Positions 19,164-28,511 of a stretch of DNA of 64,000 bases are shown one piece after another. Every line of letters starts with the position of its first letter. Position 1 is the first letter of the stretch. The notes under the pieces were generated by a model. That model was not told where the DNA came from, did no database searches, and saw only the letters and a program-made list of their open reading frames with translations. The stretch comes from an uncultured Gemmatimonadales bacterium. Its GTDB lineage: Bacteria > Gemmatimonadota > Gemmatimonadetes > Gemmatimonadales > Gemmatimonadaceae. The position numbers were made by a program, and so were the translations under genes. The stretch is from positions 160,001 to 224,000 of the forward strand of contig CAWKNZ010000002.1 in NCBI GenBank assembly GCA_963851265.1, read 5' to 3'.

Positions 19164-20234
19164 CTAGCGTCGCGGACTCACGTTGCCGCCGTCGGCGACG
19201 ACGCGCCAGACGCCGTCGCGGCCGCGGCGCCAGACGGTGAGGTACTTGGAATAGGATACGCCCGCGCTCGCCGCGCTCACCGTGGCGGTTCCCACGGTCA
19301 TCCCGAGATCACCGCTTCCGGCCGCGTCGGCCAGCGCGGGCGTCCACACGAGTGCGCCGGGCCCGAGCGCACCGAGCAACGCGCCCGCGGCTGCGGGCCC
19401 GCACGTCATCGCCGCGGCGCCGCTCAGCACGAGCCCGTCGGGCGCGAGGGCGGCGGCGAACGCCGGCCCCGCGCCGTCGCGGGCCGATCGCGCCGCGAAG
19501 GCCGAATCTGCGCTGCGCAGTTCGCGCTCCCCCAACGCCCTGTGCTCGGGCGTGGACTCGGCGCCTGCGGCCGGCGCGTCGCACGGAGGCGCGAGCCGCG
19601 CGGCGCCGGCCGCCCCGCGCGCGAGCACCCACGCCGCGACGTGCCACGCGCCGGCGGGCGTGCGGCGCCAGTACGCGAGGTATCGAGCCGGGAGCACCGA
19701 GTCGCCGTCTGCCGACGCGCCGTAGCCCAGTGTGTACCCGCGCAGGCCGTCGCCCGAGAGCTCGGCGAGTGCGGGTTGCCAGCGCAGCATGCGGCGTGGC
19801 GCGTCGGGGAGGGCGCGCAACAGCGATTCGGCGGCGGCGCGCCCGCGCACGATCGGCGCGCCCGGGTAGAGGAGCACCACGTCGCGGTCGAGCGCCGTCG
19901 GGAACCCGACCGTGAGGGAGCGCGCGCTGCGGGCGGCGTGAGCGCGGTCGGCGGCGAGCAGCGAGGCCCGCCCGGCCGCGCGCGCCGGCGACGGCGCTCG
20001 CGCAGTCGGCCCTGGTGTCGACGCCGGTGCCGGTTGTGCTCCCAGGAGCGACCCGCCGACGAGCCAGGCCGCGACGCACTCGCCCAGCAGCGCCCGCCCG
20101 AACGCTCTTACGGAGGTGCTCGTCAACGTCCTCATCGAGGCGCGCGCTGGGGCCACGAACCTGCCAGCCGCGAGCGGGCGCGCTGCAGACGCGCGGGTCA
20201 CGTGGTCGTCGGGTGTGACGGGAGAACCATGCAT
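19164..20234 (-). CDS. Tandem DUF4440/SnoaL (NTF2-like) domain protein
   Basis: Two repeats of W.P..A..S.DG..GYT.G...Y...WRR..DG.W.V; start uncertain (possibly about 20135). Confidence 0.8.
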   Translation of the reverse strand: MHGSPVTPDDHVTRASAARPLAAGRFVAPARASMRTLTSTSVRAFGRALLGECVAAWLVGGSLLGAQPAPASTPGPTARAPSPARAAGRASLLAADRAHAARSARSLTVGFPTALDRDVVLLYPGAPIVRGRAAAESLLRALPDAPRRMLRWQPALAELSGDGLRGYTLGYGASADGDSVLPARYLAYWRRTPAGAWHVAAWVLARGAAGAARLAPPCDAPAAGAESTPEHRALGERELRSADSAFAARSARDGAGPAFAAALAPDGLVLSGAAAMTCGPAAAGALLGALGPGALVWTPALADAAGSGDLGMTVGTATVSAASAGVSYSKYLTVWRRGRDGVWRVVADGGNVSPRR

Positions 20235-20494
20235 CAGATGGCCATGCGCTCAGAAGGCGGCCCCGCGGAGCGGGAGTGCGTCAAGCCCGATCGCGGGCGG
20301 TCTGCGGTCGTGCGTGCGACGCGGCAGCGGAGCACTCTTGCGCGCCGCGTGGCAGGACCGCAATGTGATGGCGGGGGTGACGCGCGGAACCTGGATGCGC
20401 CGCATGGGGTGGCGCGCTCAGCGGGCCGGGCGCGGGGCCGTGCGCGGAGTCGCGCCGTGGGACGCCGCCCCCAGCTGAAGCGGAGGGGAGCATC

Positions 20495-21169
20495 ATGTGG
20501 CTCAAGTTGCTCGAGTCGCGTCACGCCCGTGTGGTCACCGGGTGGGCACTCATCGCGAGCATTGGCGTGCACACGACGGGCGTCGCGGCCACGTGGCTGC
20601 GGCAGGCGACGGGAGGGCACGAGCCGCCGCCCGAAGGTCCGATCTCGATTCGCTACCTCCTGCCGCTCGATCACGTCGCGCACGAGGTCGGCGAGCGCAT
20701 CCAGTGGGTCGCGCCGGGCACGGGTACGACCGGCTACGTGCGCGGCACGGCGCCCGCGCGCGCCAGCTCGACCGACGGAGACGACGCGCCACCACCCGTG
20801 GCCACCTCGCCGGCCCCGGTTCAGCAGGGCGACGTGCCCGACGAGACGCGCCTCTTTTCGGTCGAGGACGTCGACACCGCGGCGACGCGCGACCCGGCGA
20901 GTGACGGCCCGCGCTACCCGATCGAGCTGCGCGACAAGGGCGTGCAGGGCGAGGTGCTCGTCGAGTTCGCGGTCGATACGGCGGGGCGTGCCGACACGAC
21001 CACGTTCACCGTGGTCGAGACCACGCACCCGCTCTTCACGAACGCCGTGCGCGACGCGCTGCCGTTGATGCGGTTCACGCCCGCGGTCGCGCACGGGCAT
21101 CACGTGCGGCAGCTCGTCCGCCTGCCGATGAAGTTCCGCCTGATGATGGCCGAGAAGACGGCGACCTAG
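20495..21169 (+). CDS. TonB-family energy transducer (TonB C-terminal domain)
   Basis: N-terminal TM with SIGVH (SxxxH); PRYP..LR..GVQGEVLVEFAVD..G, F.PA...G..V. Confidence 0.85.
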   Translation: MWLKLLESRHARVVTGWALIASIGVHTTGVAATWLRQATGGHEPPPEGPISIRYLLPLDHVAHEVGERIQWVAPGTGTTGYVRGTAPARASSTDGDDAPPPVATSPAPVQQGDVPDETRLFSVEDVDTAATRDPASDGPRYPIELRDKGVQGEVLVEFAVDTAGRADTTTFTVVETTHPLFTNAVRDALPLMRFTPAVAHGHHVRQLVRLPMKFRLMMAEKTAT

Positions 21170-22062
21170 GCGGGCGGCTCGGCCATCATCCCCATCGCGT
21201 GGTAGCCCTTGTCCACGTAGATGGTCGCGCCGGTGATGCCGCTCGCGAGGTCCGACGCGAGAAAGGCGGCGACCCCGCCCACCTCCTCCGCACGGGTGGG
21301 CTCGGGGAGCGGCGTGTTCGCGGCGGCGTAGCGCACCATGCGGTCGATGATCCCGATGGCGCTTGCCGCGCGGCTGGCGAGCGGACCGGCCGAGATGGTG
21401 TTGATGCGCACGCCGTACTTGCGGCCCGCTTCGTAGGCGAGGAGGCGCGTGTCGCTCTCGAGCGCGGCCTTGGCGCTCGACATACCGCCGCCGTATCCGG
21501 GCACCGCGCGCTCGCTGGCGAGGTAGGTGAGCGAGGCGAACGAGCCGCCCGGCCGGAGCAGGGGGGCCATGCGCTGCACCATGCTCACGAGCGAGTACGC
21601 GCTGGTGCTGACCGCGGCGAGGTAGCCGGCGCGGCTCGTTTCGAGGAGCGGGTTCTTGACTTCGGGCCCGTTGGCGAGCGAGTGGACGACGACGTCGAGC
21701 GGCCGCTCGCCGAAGTCGGCGACGAGCTGGTCGGCGACGCCCTGCACGGAGAAGTCGCCGGTCTCCTTGTACCGCTTGGAGTCGCGCACCTCGGCCGGCG
21801 CGTCGGCCAGCGTGTCGTACATCGCGTCGAGCGGGTAGATGCGCTCGAAGGCGAGCTGTGAGCCGTCGGCCATGCGGCGCGACTCGTCCATCTTGCCGCG
21901 CTCGAGGAGGTTGCGGAAGATGGTGAGCGCCGGCGGCCACGTGGCCACGCACACGGTGGCGCCGGCCGCGGCGAGCGCCTTCGCGATGGCGAAGCCGTAG
22001 CCGTTGTCGTCGGCGACGCCCGCGACGAGGGCGCGCCGTCCGGAGAGGTCGATGGGGAGCAT
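21166..22062 (-). CDS. fabI: Enoyl-ACP reductase (long plant/Chlamydia-type FabI)
   Basis: GVADDNGYGFAIA, HSLANGPEV, YGGGMSSAKAALESD, NTISAGPL.SRAA. Confidence 0.93.
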   Translation of the reverse strand: MLPIDLSGRRALVAGVADDNGYGFAIAKALAAAGATVCVATWPPALTIFRNLLERGKMDESRRMADGSQLAFERIYPLDAMYDTLADAPAEVRDSKRYKETGDFSVQGVADQLVADFGERPLDVVVHSLANGPEVKNPLLETSRAGYLAAVSTSAYSLVSMVQRMAPLLRPGGSFASLTYLASERAVPGYGGGMSSAKAALESDTRLLAYEAGRKYGVRINTISAGPLASRAASAIGIIDRMVRYAAANTPLPEPTRAEEVGGVAAFLASDLASGITGATIYVDKGYHAMGMMAEPPA

Positions 22063-22340
22063 GGAGCGCAAGATAAGCGCAGCGCGCGCGCTGCTCCGCA
22101 CGCCTCAGCACGCTTCGCGAACGGGTTCGGTCACGTTCGAGAACGTTCGGTCTTGTAAGCGACTGCGTTGCGAATAGCAAGCGCATTCGCCGCAGAGAAG
22201 TGCGTAAATTGATTGGGTTGCGAACGGAGTTGCGAGGTCCCGCGCGTGTGCCAGCGCATGCGGCCGCTGCCGTTCGGTACCCGGCACACGGATCACGGGG
22301 CGACGGGCCGAGTTCTGCGCCGATGTGACGCGTTGCGCGC

Positions 22341-22369
22341 TTGACGGGTGTTACTCGCGGCGGTACGGT
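22341..22369 (+). promoter_or_regulatory. Putative sigma70 promoter of the lacI-susC-susD operon
   Basis: TTGACG-N17-TACGGT. Confidence 0.6.
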
Positions 22370-22452
22370 TGACCGCGCTCGAAACGGATCAAACGTCTCC
22401 GAACGTGTTCGATCCGTGCCGATCGGCGTGCCCGTCTCCGTCGCCCTTTTGC

Positions 22453-23532
22453 ATGCCTTCCAAGCGCGCCACGATCACCGACGTCGCCACCCGCGCTGGC
22501 GTCTCGAAAGCGACTGTGTCTGCCGTCCTCAACGCCTCCGCCCCGGTCCGGAGCGACACCCGCGACCGGGTGTTGCACGCCGTCGAGTTCCTCGACTACC
22601 GGCCGGGAACGGGCATGGGGGCCGCCGCGGCACGCGCCGGCACGCGCCGCACGGTGCGCAGCATCGGCCTGCTCATCAAGGAGGCCGACAACCCGTACTA
22701 CGCGTCGGTGGTGACCGGCGCGCGGGCGGCGGCGACGGGGCGCGGCTACACGCTGCTCGTCGCCAGCTCGGAGGGCGAGTACGCGAGCGAGCGGCGCGCG
22801 GTCGAATTGCTGCACGGCAAGGACTGCGACGGGCTGCTCGTCGCCCCGGTGCTCGACGACGAGGTCGACCTGTCGCACCTCTTCGAGCTCAAGCGGCGCA
22901 ACTATCCGTTCGTACTGCTGGAGGAGGTGCGGGGCGTGCCCGCCAGCCTCGTGGACGTCGACAACGTGCGCGGCGCGTGCGCCGCGGCCGCGCACCTCAT
23001 CGCGCTCGGCCACACCCGCATCGTCCACTTCGCCGGCCCCAACTACTCGACGCACACGCACGAGCGCGTCAACGGCGTGCGGCGCGCGTGCAGCGCGTCA
23101 TCGGTCGCGTTCACCGACGCGTGCGTCGTTCCCGCGGGCGCCCACCTCGAGGACGGCTACCGCGCGGCGCTGGCCTACTTCCGGGAGCTCGCGCCCGCGG
23201 AGCGTCCGACCGGCCTCACGTGCTACAACGACCTGATCGCGGTGGGGGTCTGCCGCGCGCTCGCGGAACTCGGCATCCGCGTGCCGGACGACATGTCGGT
23301 GGTCGGGTTCGACGACATCCCGCTCCTCGAGTACCTCCCGGTGCCGCTCACGTCGGTGCGGGTGCCCACGCACGAGATGGGGCGCCTCGCCACGGAGCTG
23401 TTGATCGCGCAGGTGGAGGCTGCCGTGCCGCCCGCGCCCCAGAAGCACTTTCTCGACGCCCCACTCATCGTGCGCGCCTCGTCGCGCGCGCCCGCGGGCG
23501 CCGCTCCCCGGCGCGGTGGCACGAATGCCTGA
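22453..23532 (+). CDS. LacI-family transcriptional regulator
   Basis: ATITDVATRAGVSKATVSAVLN; YND.IA.G; SVVGFDD; PLTSV. Confidence 0.95.
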   Translation: MPSKRATITDVATRAGVSKATVSAVLNASAPVRSDTRDRVLHAVEFLDYRPGTGMGAAAARAGTRRTVRSIGLLIKEADNPYYASVVTGARAAATGRGYTLLVASSEGEYASERRAVELLHGKDCDGLLVAPVLDDEVDLSHLFELKRRNYPFVLLEEVRGVPASLVDVDNVRGACAAAAHLIALGHTRIVHFAGPNYSTHTHERVNGVRRACSASSVAFTDACVVPAGAHLEDGYRAALAYFRELAPAERPTGLTCYNDLIAVGVCRALAELGIRVPDDMSVVGFDDIPLLEYLPVPLTSVRVPTHEMGRLATELLIAQVEAAVPPAPQKHFLDAPLIVRASSRAPAGAAPRRGGTNA

Positions 23533-23596
23533 CGCACCCCGCGTCACCGGCACCGCGCTCCGCGCCCGTCGTTCTCACCCCAGCGAGGATTCTCGC

Positions 23597-26500
23597 GTGT
23601 CTTACTCCCCCGGCCGCCGTCGGCGGCGCGCCCGTCCGGGCACTCCTCTCGCCGCCGCACGCGCCGCCAGCCGGCTCAGCGCGGTCATCGCGCTCGCGCT
23701 TCTGCCGGGCGCGTTGCTCGTCGTGCCGGCGCACGACGTCGCCGCGCAGCAGCCCGCGCAGAACACGGGCCGCATCGCCGGGACCGTGCTCGGCACGGCC
23801 AACGCGCCGGTCAGCGACGTCCAGGTGGTCGTGACCACCGCGGGCGGCGCACGCCTGGGCGGTATCACCAACGCGCAGGGGCGCTACAACATCGGCGGCG
23901 TGCCCGTCGGGACGGTGACGGTCCGCACCCAGCGGATCGGCTTCCAGCCGCGCACGCAGACGGTGGCCGTCACGGCCGGCCAGGTGAGCACGCTCGACTT
24001 TCAGCTCGTCGCCGCGGTGGCGCAACTGGCGCCGGTGCAGGTCGGCTACACGAACGAGGCGCAGTCTCGTGTGACCGGCGCCGTCGCGACCGTCACCGGG
24101 AACCAAGTCCAGGACCAGAAGGTCGCCACGATCGAGGAGGCGATTCGCGGCCGCGTGCCGGGCGTTCAGGTCGAAGCGGGCGGTCAGCCCGGACGACCCG
24201 CCGCGATCACGATCCGCGGCCCGTCGAGCCTGGGGAACACCTCGCCCCTGTACGTCGTGGACGGCATGTACGTCGGGAATCAGAACCCGAACATCAATCC
24301 GGACGACATCGCGACCTTCACCGTCCTCAAGGACGCTTCGGCGGCCGCGCAGTACGGCTCGCAGGCGTCGAGCGGCGTCATCGTGATCACGACGCGGCGC
24401 GGGCAGGCGGGGCAGAACCAGTTCTCGGCCAACGCCTACTACGGGTTCCAGTCGATCCCGAAAACGCTGCCGATGGCCGGGACCGCCGAGTTCCAGAGCG
24501 TGTTCGATACGGCGTACGCGCGCGCGGGGATCACCCCGCCGACCGGGGTCACGACGCCCACGTCGGTCAACACCGACTGGCAGTCCGCGGTGATGAAGAC
24601 CGGGGCGATCCAGAACTACAACGCGCAGGCGTCTGGTGGGACGCCCAACGCGAGCTACCTGATCAGCGGCTCGGTGCTGAACCAGGACGGCACGATCATC
24701 AACACCAACTTCCGCCGGGCGAGCCTCCGGGTGAACTCGGACGCGACGCGCGGGCGGATCCACGTCGGCGAGAACCTCGCCGTTTCGCAGGCGCGCCAGC
24801 AGAACTTTCCGAACGGCATCTTCGGCGGCACGGAGCTGCCGCTGATCGACGTCGTGCTGCTGCCGCCGACGATCCCGGTGCGGGACCCCAACAACCCGAG
24901 CGGCTACGGCTACGGCAGCCTGGCGACGCCCAACTACGGCACGAACCCGGTCGCGGCAGCCCAGTCCAACTACAACGTCTACCGCGCGAACGCGGTGATC
25001 GGCTCGGCGTTCGCCGAGGCCAACCTGTTCGCGGGCCTCAAGTACCGCCTCAACGTCGGCGTGAACTACGCGGACTCGGGCAACACGGTGTGGAACAGCA
25101 GCAATCAGCTGCGCTACCTCACGCCGGTGCTCACGGGCGCGTTCCTGCGGCAGTCGTACCCGCGGTCGCAGCAGCTGCTGTACGAAAACCTGCTGACCTA
25201 CGACGGCACGTTCGGCGGGACGGACCACCGGCTCACGGCCGTGGCGGGGCAGACCTCGCAGAACAACACCTACCAGCAGCTGACGGCGTACCGCCAGGGG
25301 TTTACGAACGAGTCGTTGCAGCAGATCTCGGCGGGGTCGAGCACCGGCAGTAGCAACGACGGCTTCACGATCCCCGTGCGCGAGAATTCGCTGCTCGCGC
25401 GCGCGACGTACTCGTTCCGCGACCGCTACCTGGCGACGGGGACCGTGCGCCGCGACTGCTCGTCGCTGTTCAGCCCGGCCAACCGCTGCGGCGTGTTCGG
25501 CTCGGGCTCGCTCGGCTACGTGGTGAGCGACGAGCAGTTCTTCAAGGCGATCCCGCTGATCGGCGGCGCCGACCTGTTCAAGCTCCGCGTCAGCACCGGC
25601 GTCCTCGGCGGCCAGGCGCTCAACCCGTTCCAGTACATCCCGGTCGTCAGCCAGAACATCAACTACTTCTTCAACGGCACGATCACGTCGGGCGCGATCC
25701 AGCAGGCGCTGATCAACGAGAACCTGCGTTGGCAGCGCAACCGCAACACCGACGTCGGTTTCGACCTCGGGCTGCTGAACAACACGCTCAACATCACGGC
25801 CGACTACTACCAGGCGACGCTCGACCAGTTGCTGGTGCAGACGTCGATCCCGCCCGACCTCGGCTCGAGCGCCAACCCGACGGTCAACGCGGGGCGCGCG
25901 CGCAACGCGGGCTTCGAGCTCGGCGCCACGCACCAACTGCGGCGCGGCGACTTCCGCCTCAACACGACGCTCTCGGTGACGACGCTCGCCAACCGCGTGC
26001 TGTCGCTCGGCAACGGCGGCCAGCCGCTCTTCGCCGGGTTCGGCGGCGTCGCCCGGACGACGGTCGGCCAGCCGATCGGCGAGTTCTACCTGCTCAGGAA
26101 CTGCGGGCTGTTCCAGAGCGCCGCCGCGGTGCAGGGCCACACGTCGAGCGTCAACGGCAAGGCGGTGGTGCTGCAGCCGGGCGCGCAGCCGGGCGACGTG
26201 TGCTACCAAGACGTGAACGGCGACGGCGTGATCGACAACAGCGACCGCGTGAACGCGGGGACGCCGTTCCCGAAGCTGCAGACCGGGCTCTTCCTCAACT
26301 CGTCGTTCAAGTCGTTCGACGTCGGGGTGAATCTGCGCGGCTCGTTCGGCAACAAGATTTACAACGTGGTGCGGTTCAACACCGAGAACACGAGCGGCCT
26401 GCAGAACATCCAGTCGGGGCTGGACTTCTGGTCGCAGACGAACACGAGCGGGACGGTCCCGCGCGCGGTCTTCGGGACCGCCGGCGCGGCGAACTTCAAC

Positions 26501-26782
26501 CCGCTGAACGACATGTTCCTGGAGAGCGGCAACTTCGTGCGCGTCCAGAACATTGTGCTCGGGTACACGCTGCCGGCCGCGGTGACGCAGCAGCTGCGGC
26601 TGAACACGACGGCGCGGCCGCGGATCTACGTGAACGTGCAGAACGTCGCCACGATCACGAAGTACAAGGGGTTCGACCCCGAGGTCGTCGGGTTCGGCGA
26701 CCCGCTCGCCCGCGGCGTGGACGACGGGTTCATTTACCCCAACCCGCGCACCGTCACGTTCGGCTTCGACGTCCGCTTTTGA
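23597..26782 (+). CDS. susC: SusC/RagA-family TonB-dependent outer-membrane transporter
   Basis: Carboxypeptidase-like N-domain, PLYVVDG, NPDDI....VLKDASAAAQYGS.ASSGVIVITT, terminal YPNPRTVTFGFDVRF; GAGGA before GTG 23597. Confidence 0.95.
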   Translation: MSYSPGRRRRRARPGTPLAAARAASRLSAVIALALLPGALLVVPAHDVAAQQPAQNTGRIAGTVLGTANAPVSDVQVVVTTAGGARLGGITNAQGRYNIGGVPVGTVTVRTQRIGFQPRTQTVAVTAGQVSTLDFQLVAAVAQLAPVQVGYTNEAQSRVTGAVATVTGNQVQDQKVATIEEAIRGRVPGVQVEAGGQPGRPAAITIRGPSSLGNTSPLYVVDGMYVGNQNPNINPDDIATFTVLKDASAAAQYGSQASSGVIVITTRRGQAGQNQFSANAYYGFQSIPKTLPMAGTAEFQSVFDTAYARAGITPPTGVTTPTSVNTDWQSAVMKTGAIQNYNAQASGGTPNASYLISGSVLNQDGTIINTNFRRASLRVNSDATRGRIHVGENLAVSQARQQNFPNGIFGGTELPLIDVVLLPPTIPVRDPNNPSGYGYGSLATPNYGTNPVAAAQSNYNVYRANAVIGSAFAEANLFAGLKYRLNVGVNYADSGNTVWNSSNQLRYLTPVLTGAFLRQSYPRSQQLLYENLLTYDGTFGGTDHRLTAVAGQTSQNNTYQQLTAYRQGFTNESLQQISAGSSTGSSNDGFTIPVRENSLLARATYSFRDRYLATGTVRRDCSSLFSPANRCGVFGSGSLGYVVSDEQFFKAIPLIGGADLFKLRVSTGVLGGQALNPFQYIPVVSQNINYFFNGTITSGAIQQALINENLRWQRNRNTDVGFDLGLLNNTLNITADYYQATLDQLLVQTSIPPDLGSSANPTVNAGRARNAGFELGATHQLRRGDFRLNTTLSVTTLANRVLSLGNGGQPLFAGFGGVARTTVGQPIGEFYLLRNCGLFQSAAAVQGHTSSVNGKAVVLQPGAQPGDVCYQDVNGDGVIDNSDRVNAGTPFPKLQTGLFLNSSFKSFDVGVNLRGSFGNKIYNVVRFNTENTSGLQNIQSGLDFWSQTNTSGTVPRAVFGTAGAANFNPLNDMFLESGNFVRVQNIVLGYTLPAAVTQQLRLNTTARPRIYVNVQNVATITKYKGFDPEVVGFGDPLARGVDDGFIYPNPRTVTFGFDVRF

Positions 26783-26811
26783 GGCGCACCTCGGCCCGCC
26801 CTCAACGCCCC

Positions 26812-26840
26812 GTCCGGGCGCCGCACCCCGGCGCCCGGAC
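26812..26840. repeat. 12-bp inverted repeat between susC and susD
   Basis: gtccgggcgccg-caccc-cggcgcccggac. Confidence 0.6.
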
Positions 26841-26862
26841 CTACGCCTAACCGTCACCTTCG

Positions 26863-28407
26863 ATGCTTTCCCGCCTCATCCCGCCGGCGTTCCGCCGCGC
26901 CGGGCGCACCGCGATCACCGGCGCCGCCGCGGTCGCGGCGGTCCTCGGCGCGGCCGCCTGCAAGAACGACGTCAACATCACGAACCCCAACACCGTCACC
27001 GTCCAGACGTACTGGAAGAGCGCGACCGACGCGCAGGCCGGCCTCACGGCGACGTACAACACGCTCGGCTACCTGGGGACGTTCCTCAGGTGGCAGGGCT
27101 TCTCGTACGACATCCGGTCGGACGAGGGGACGAGCTTCAGCCCGTGGAACGACCTGCAGAACTTCTGCAAGTTCGTGTTCTCGTCGTACGACTTCGACGT
27201 GAACCGCGACACGTTCAACGACACGTACACGCTGCTGAGCCGCGCCAACCAGGTGGTCGCCCACGTGCCGGCGATCAGCATGGACACGGCGATGCGCAGC
27301 CAGATCGTCGCCGAGGCCAAGTTCCTGCGCGGGCTCGGCTACTTCCACATCGTGACGCTGTTCGGGCCTAACGCGCCGCTGATCACCGACACGGTCACCA
27401 TCACCACGCGCGCGGCGAGTTCGGACAGCGCGACGATGTTCGCGCAGATCGAGAAGGACTTCAGCGACGCGGCCGCGGTGCTGCCGAAGCAGACGATGAT
27501 CCAGTCGGGCGGCCACGCGACCGCGGGGGCCGCGCAGGGCATGCTCGGCAAGACGCTGCTGCAGGAGCGCAAGTGGACGCAGGCCGCCGCGGCGCTGCTG
27601 CCGATCGTCAACGGCCAGCTCGGCGGCTTCGCGCTGGAGGCGGGCCCGGCCGGGTACGCGCGGCTCTTCACCAACGCGGCGAACCTCAACAGCAACGAGT
27701 CGCTGTTCGAAGTGCAGATGGGCAACCCGACCCTCGCGGCCGCCAACGGCATCAACGGGCTCAACGTGTCGAAGATGATCGGCGCCTGCGGGCCGAGCTA
27801 CTGCGACGGGCGCCCGACGGTGTGGTTCTACCGGCAGTTCCTGCTCGACTCGACCGCGGACCGCAAGGTCGACCCGCGGCTCGACGTGACGCTCTTCCGC
27901 TACAAGGGCGACACGACGACGGTCTACGCGCAGACGTGGAAGCAGCGATACGGCAGCGACACGTCCACAGTCTACTTCAAGAAGTACGGCGAGTATTACA
28001 CCGGCTCGACGGACCAGGTCTGGGACGCGCAGATCAACTTCAAGGTGCTGCGCTACGCGGACGTGCTGCTCATGTACGCCGAGGCGCAGAACGAGCTCGG
28101 GAACACGGCCGCCGCGCTCCCGTACGTGAACCAGGTCCGCGCGCGCGTCAACCTCCTGCCGCTGTCGTCCGGGCTCTCGCAGAGCGCGATGCGCGCGGCG
28201 ATCCTCAAGGAGCGGCTGCTGGAGTTCGGGCTCGAGAGCCAGCGCTGGCTGGACCTCGGACGGCAGAACCTCTTCTCCGACGTGCCGACGCTGACCGCGC
28301 ACGACGCCGACTTCAAGAACTTCGTGTACCCGAAGTCGGTGCTCCTGCCGATCCCGCAGAACGAGATCAACCTGAATCCGAGCGTGAAGCAGAACCCGGG
28401 CTGGTAA
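26863..28407 (+). CDS. susD: SusD/RagB-family glycan-binding lipoprotein
   Basis: Lipobox LGAAAC; EAKFLRG..YF, LRYADVLLMYAEA, ERLLEFGLE..RWLDL, PIPQ.EI..NP...QNPGW. Confidence 0.95.
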   Translation: MLSRLIPPAFRRAGRTAITGAAAVAAVLGAAACKNDVNITNPNTVTVQTYWKSATDAQAGLTATYNTLGYLGTFLRWQGFSYDIRSDEGTSFSPWNDLQNFCKFVFSSYDFDVNRDTFNDTYTLLSRANQVVAHVPAISMDTAMRSQIVAEAKFLRGLGYFHIVTLFGPNAPLITDTVTITTRAASSDSATMFAQIEKDFSDAAAVLPKQTMIQSGGHATAGAAQGMLGKTLLQERKWTQAAAALLPIVNGQLGGFALEAGPAGYARLFTNAANLNSNESLFEVQMGNPTLAAANGINGLNVSKMIGACGPSYCDGRPTVWFYRQFLLDSTADRKVDPRLDVTLFRYKGDTTTVYAQTWKQRYGSDTSTVYFKKYGEYYTGSTDQVWDAQINFKVLRYADVLLMYAEAQNELGNTAAALPYVNQVRARVNLLPLSSGLSQSAMRAAILKERLLEFGLESQRWLDLGRQNLFSDVPTLTAHDADFKNFVYPKSVLLPIPQNEINLNPSVKQNPGW

Positions 28408-28416
28408 TCGCCGGGG

Positions 28417-28463
28417 CGCGCGACGGGGCGGGCGCCACGCGCGGGCGCCCGCCCCGTCGCGCG
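28417..28463. repeat. Perfect 20-bp inverted repeat after susD (mRNA-stabilising or partial terminator)
   Basis: cgcgcgacggggcgggcgcc-N7-ggcgcccgccccgtcgcgcg. Confidence 0.7.
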
Positions 28464-28511
28464 TCCTACCTGGGGCACGCGCCCCGACCCGCCCGTCCCC
28501 CGACCCTTCTC

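Noticed and set aside
22118..22150. LexA/SOS box
   Set aside because: Spacing fits neither GAAC-N4-GTTC nor GTTC-N7-GTTC, and the flanking genes are not SOS genes.
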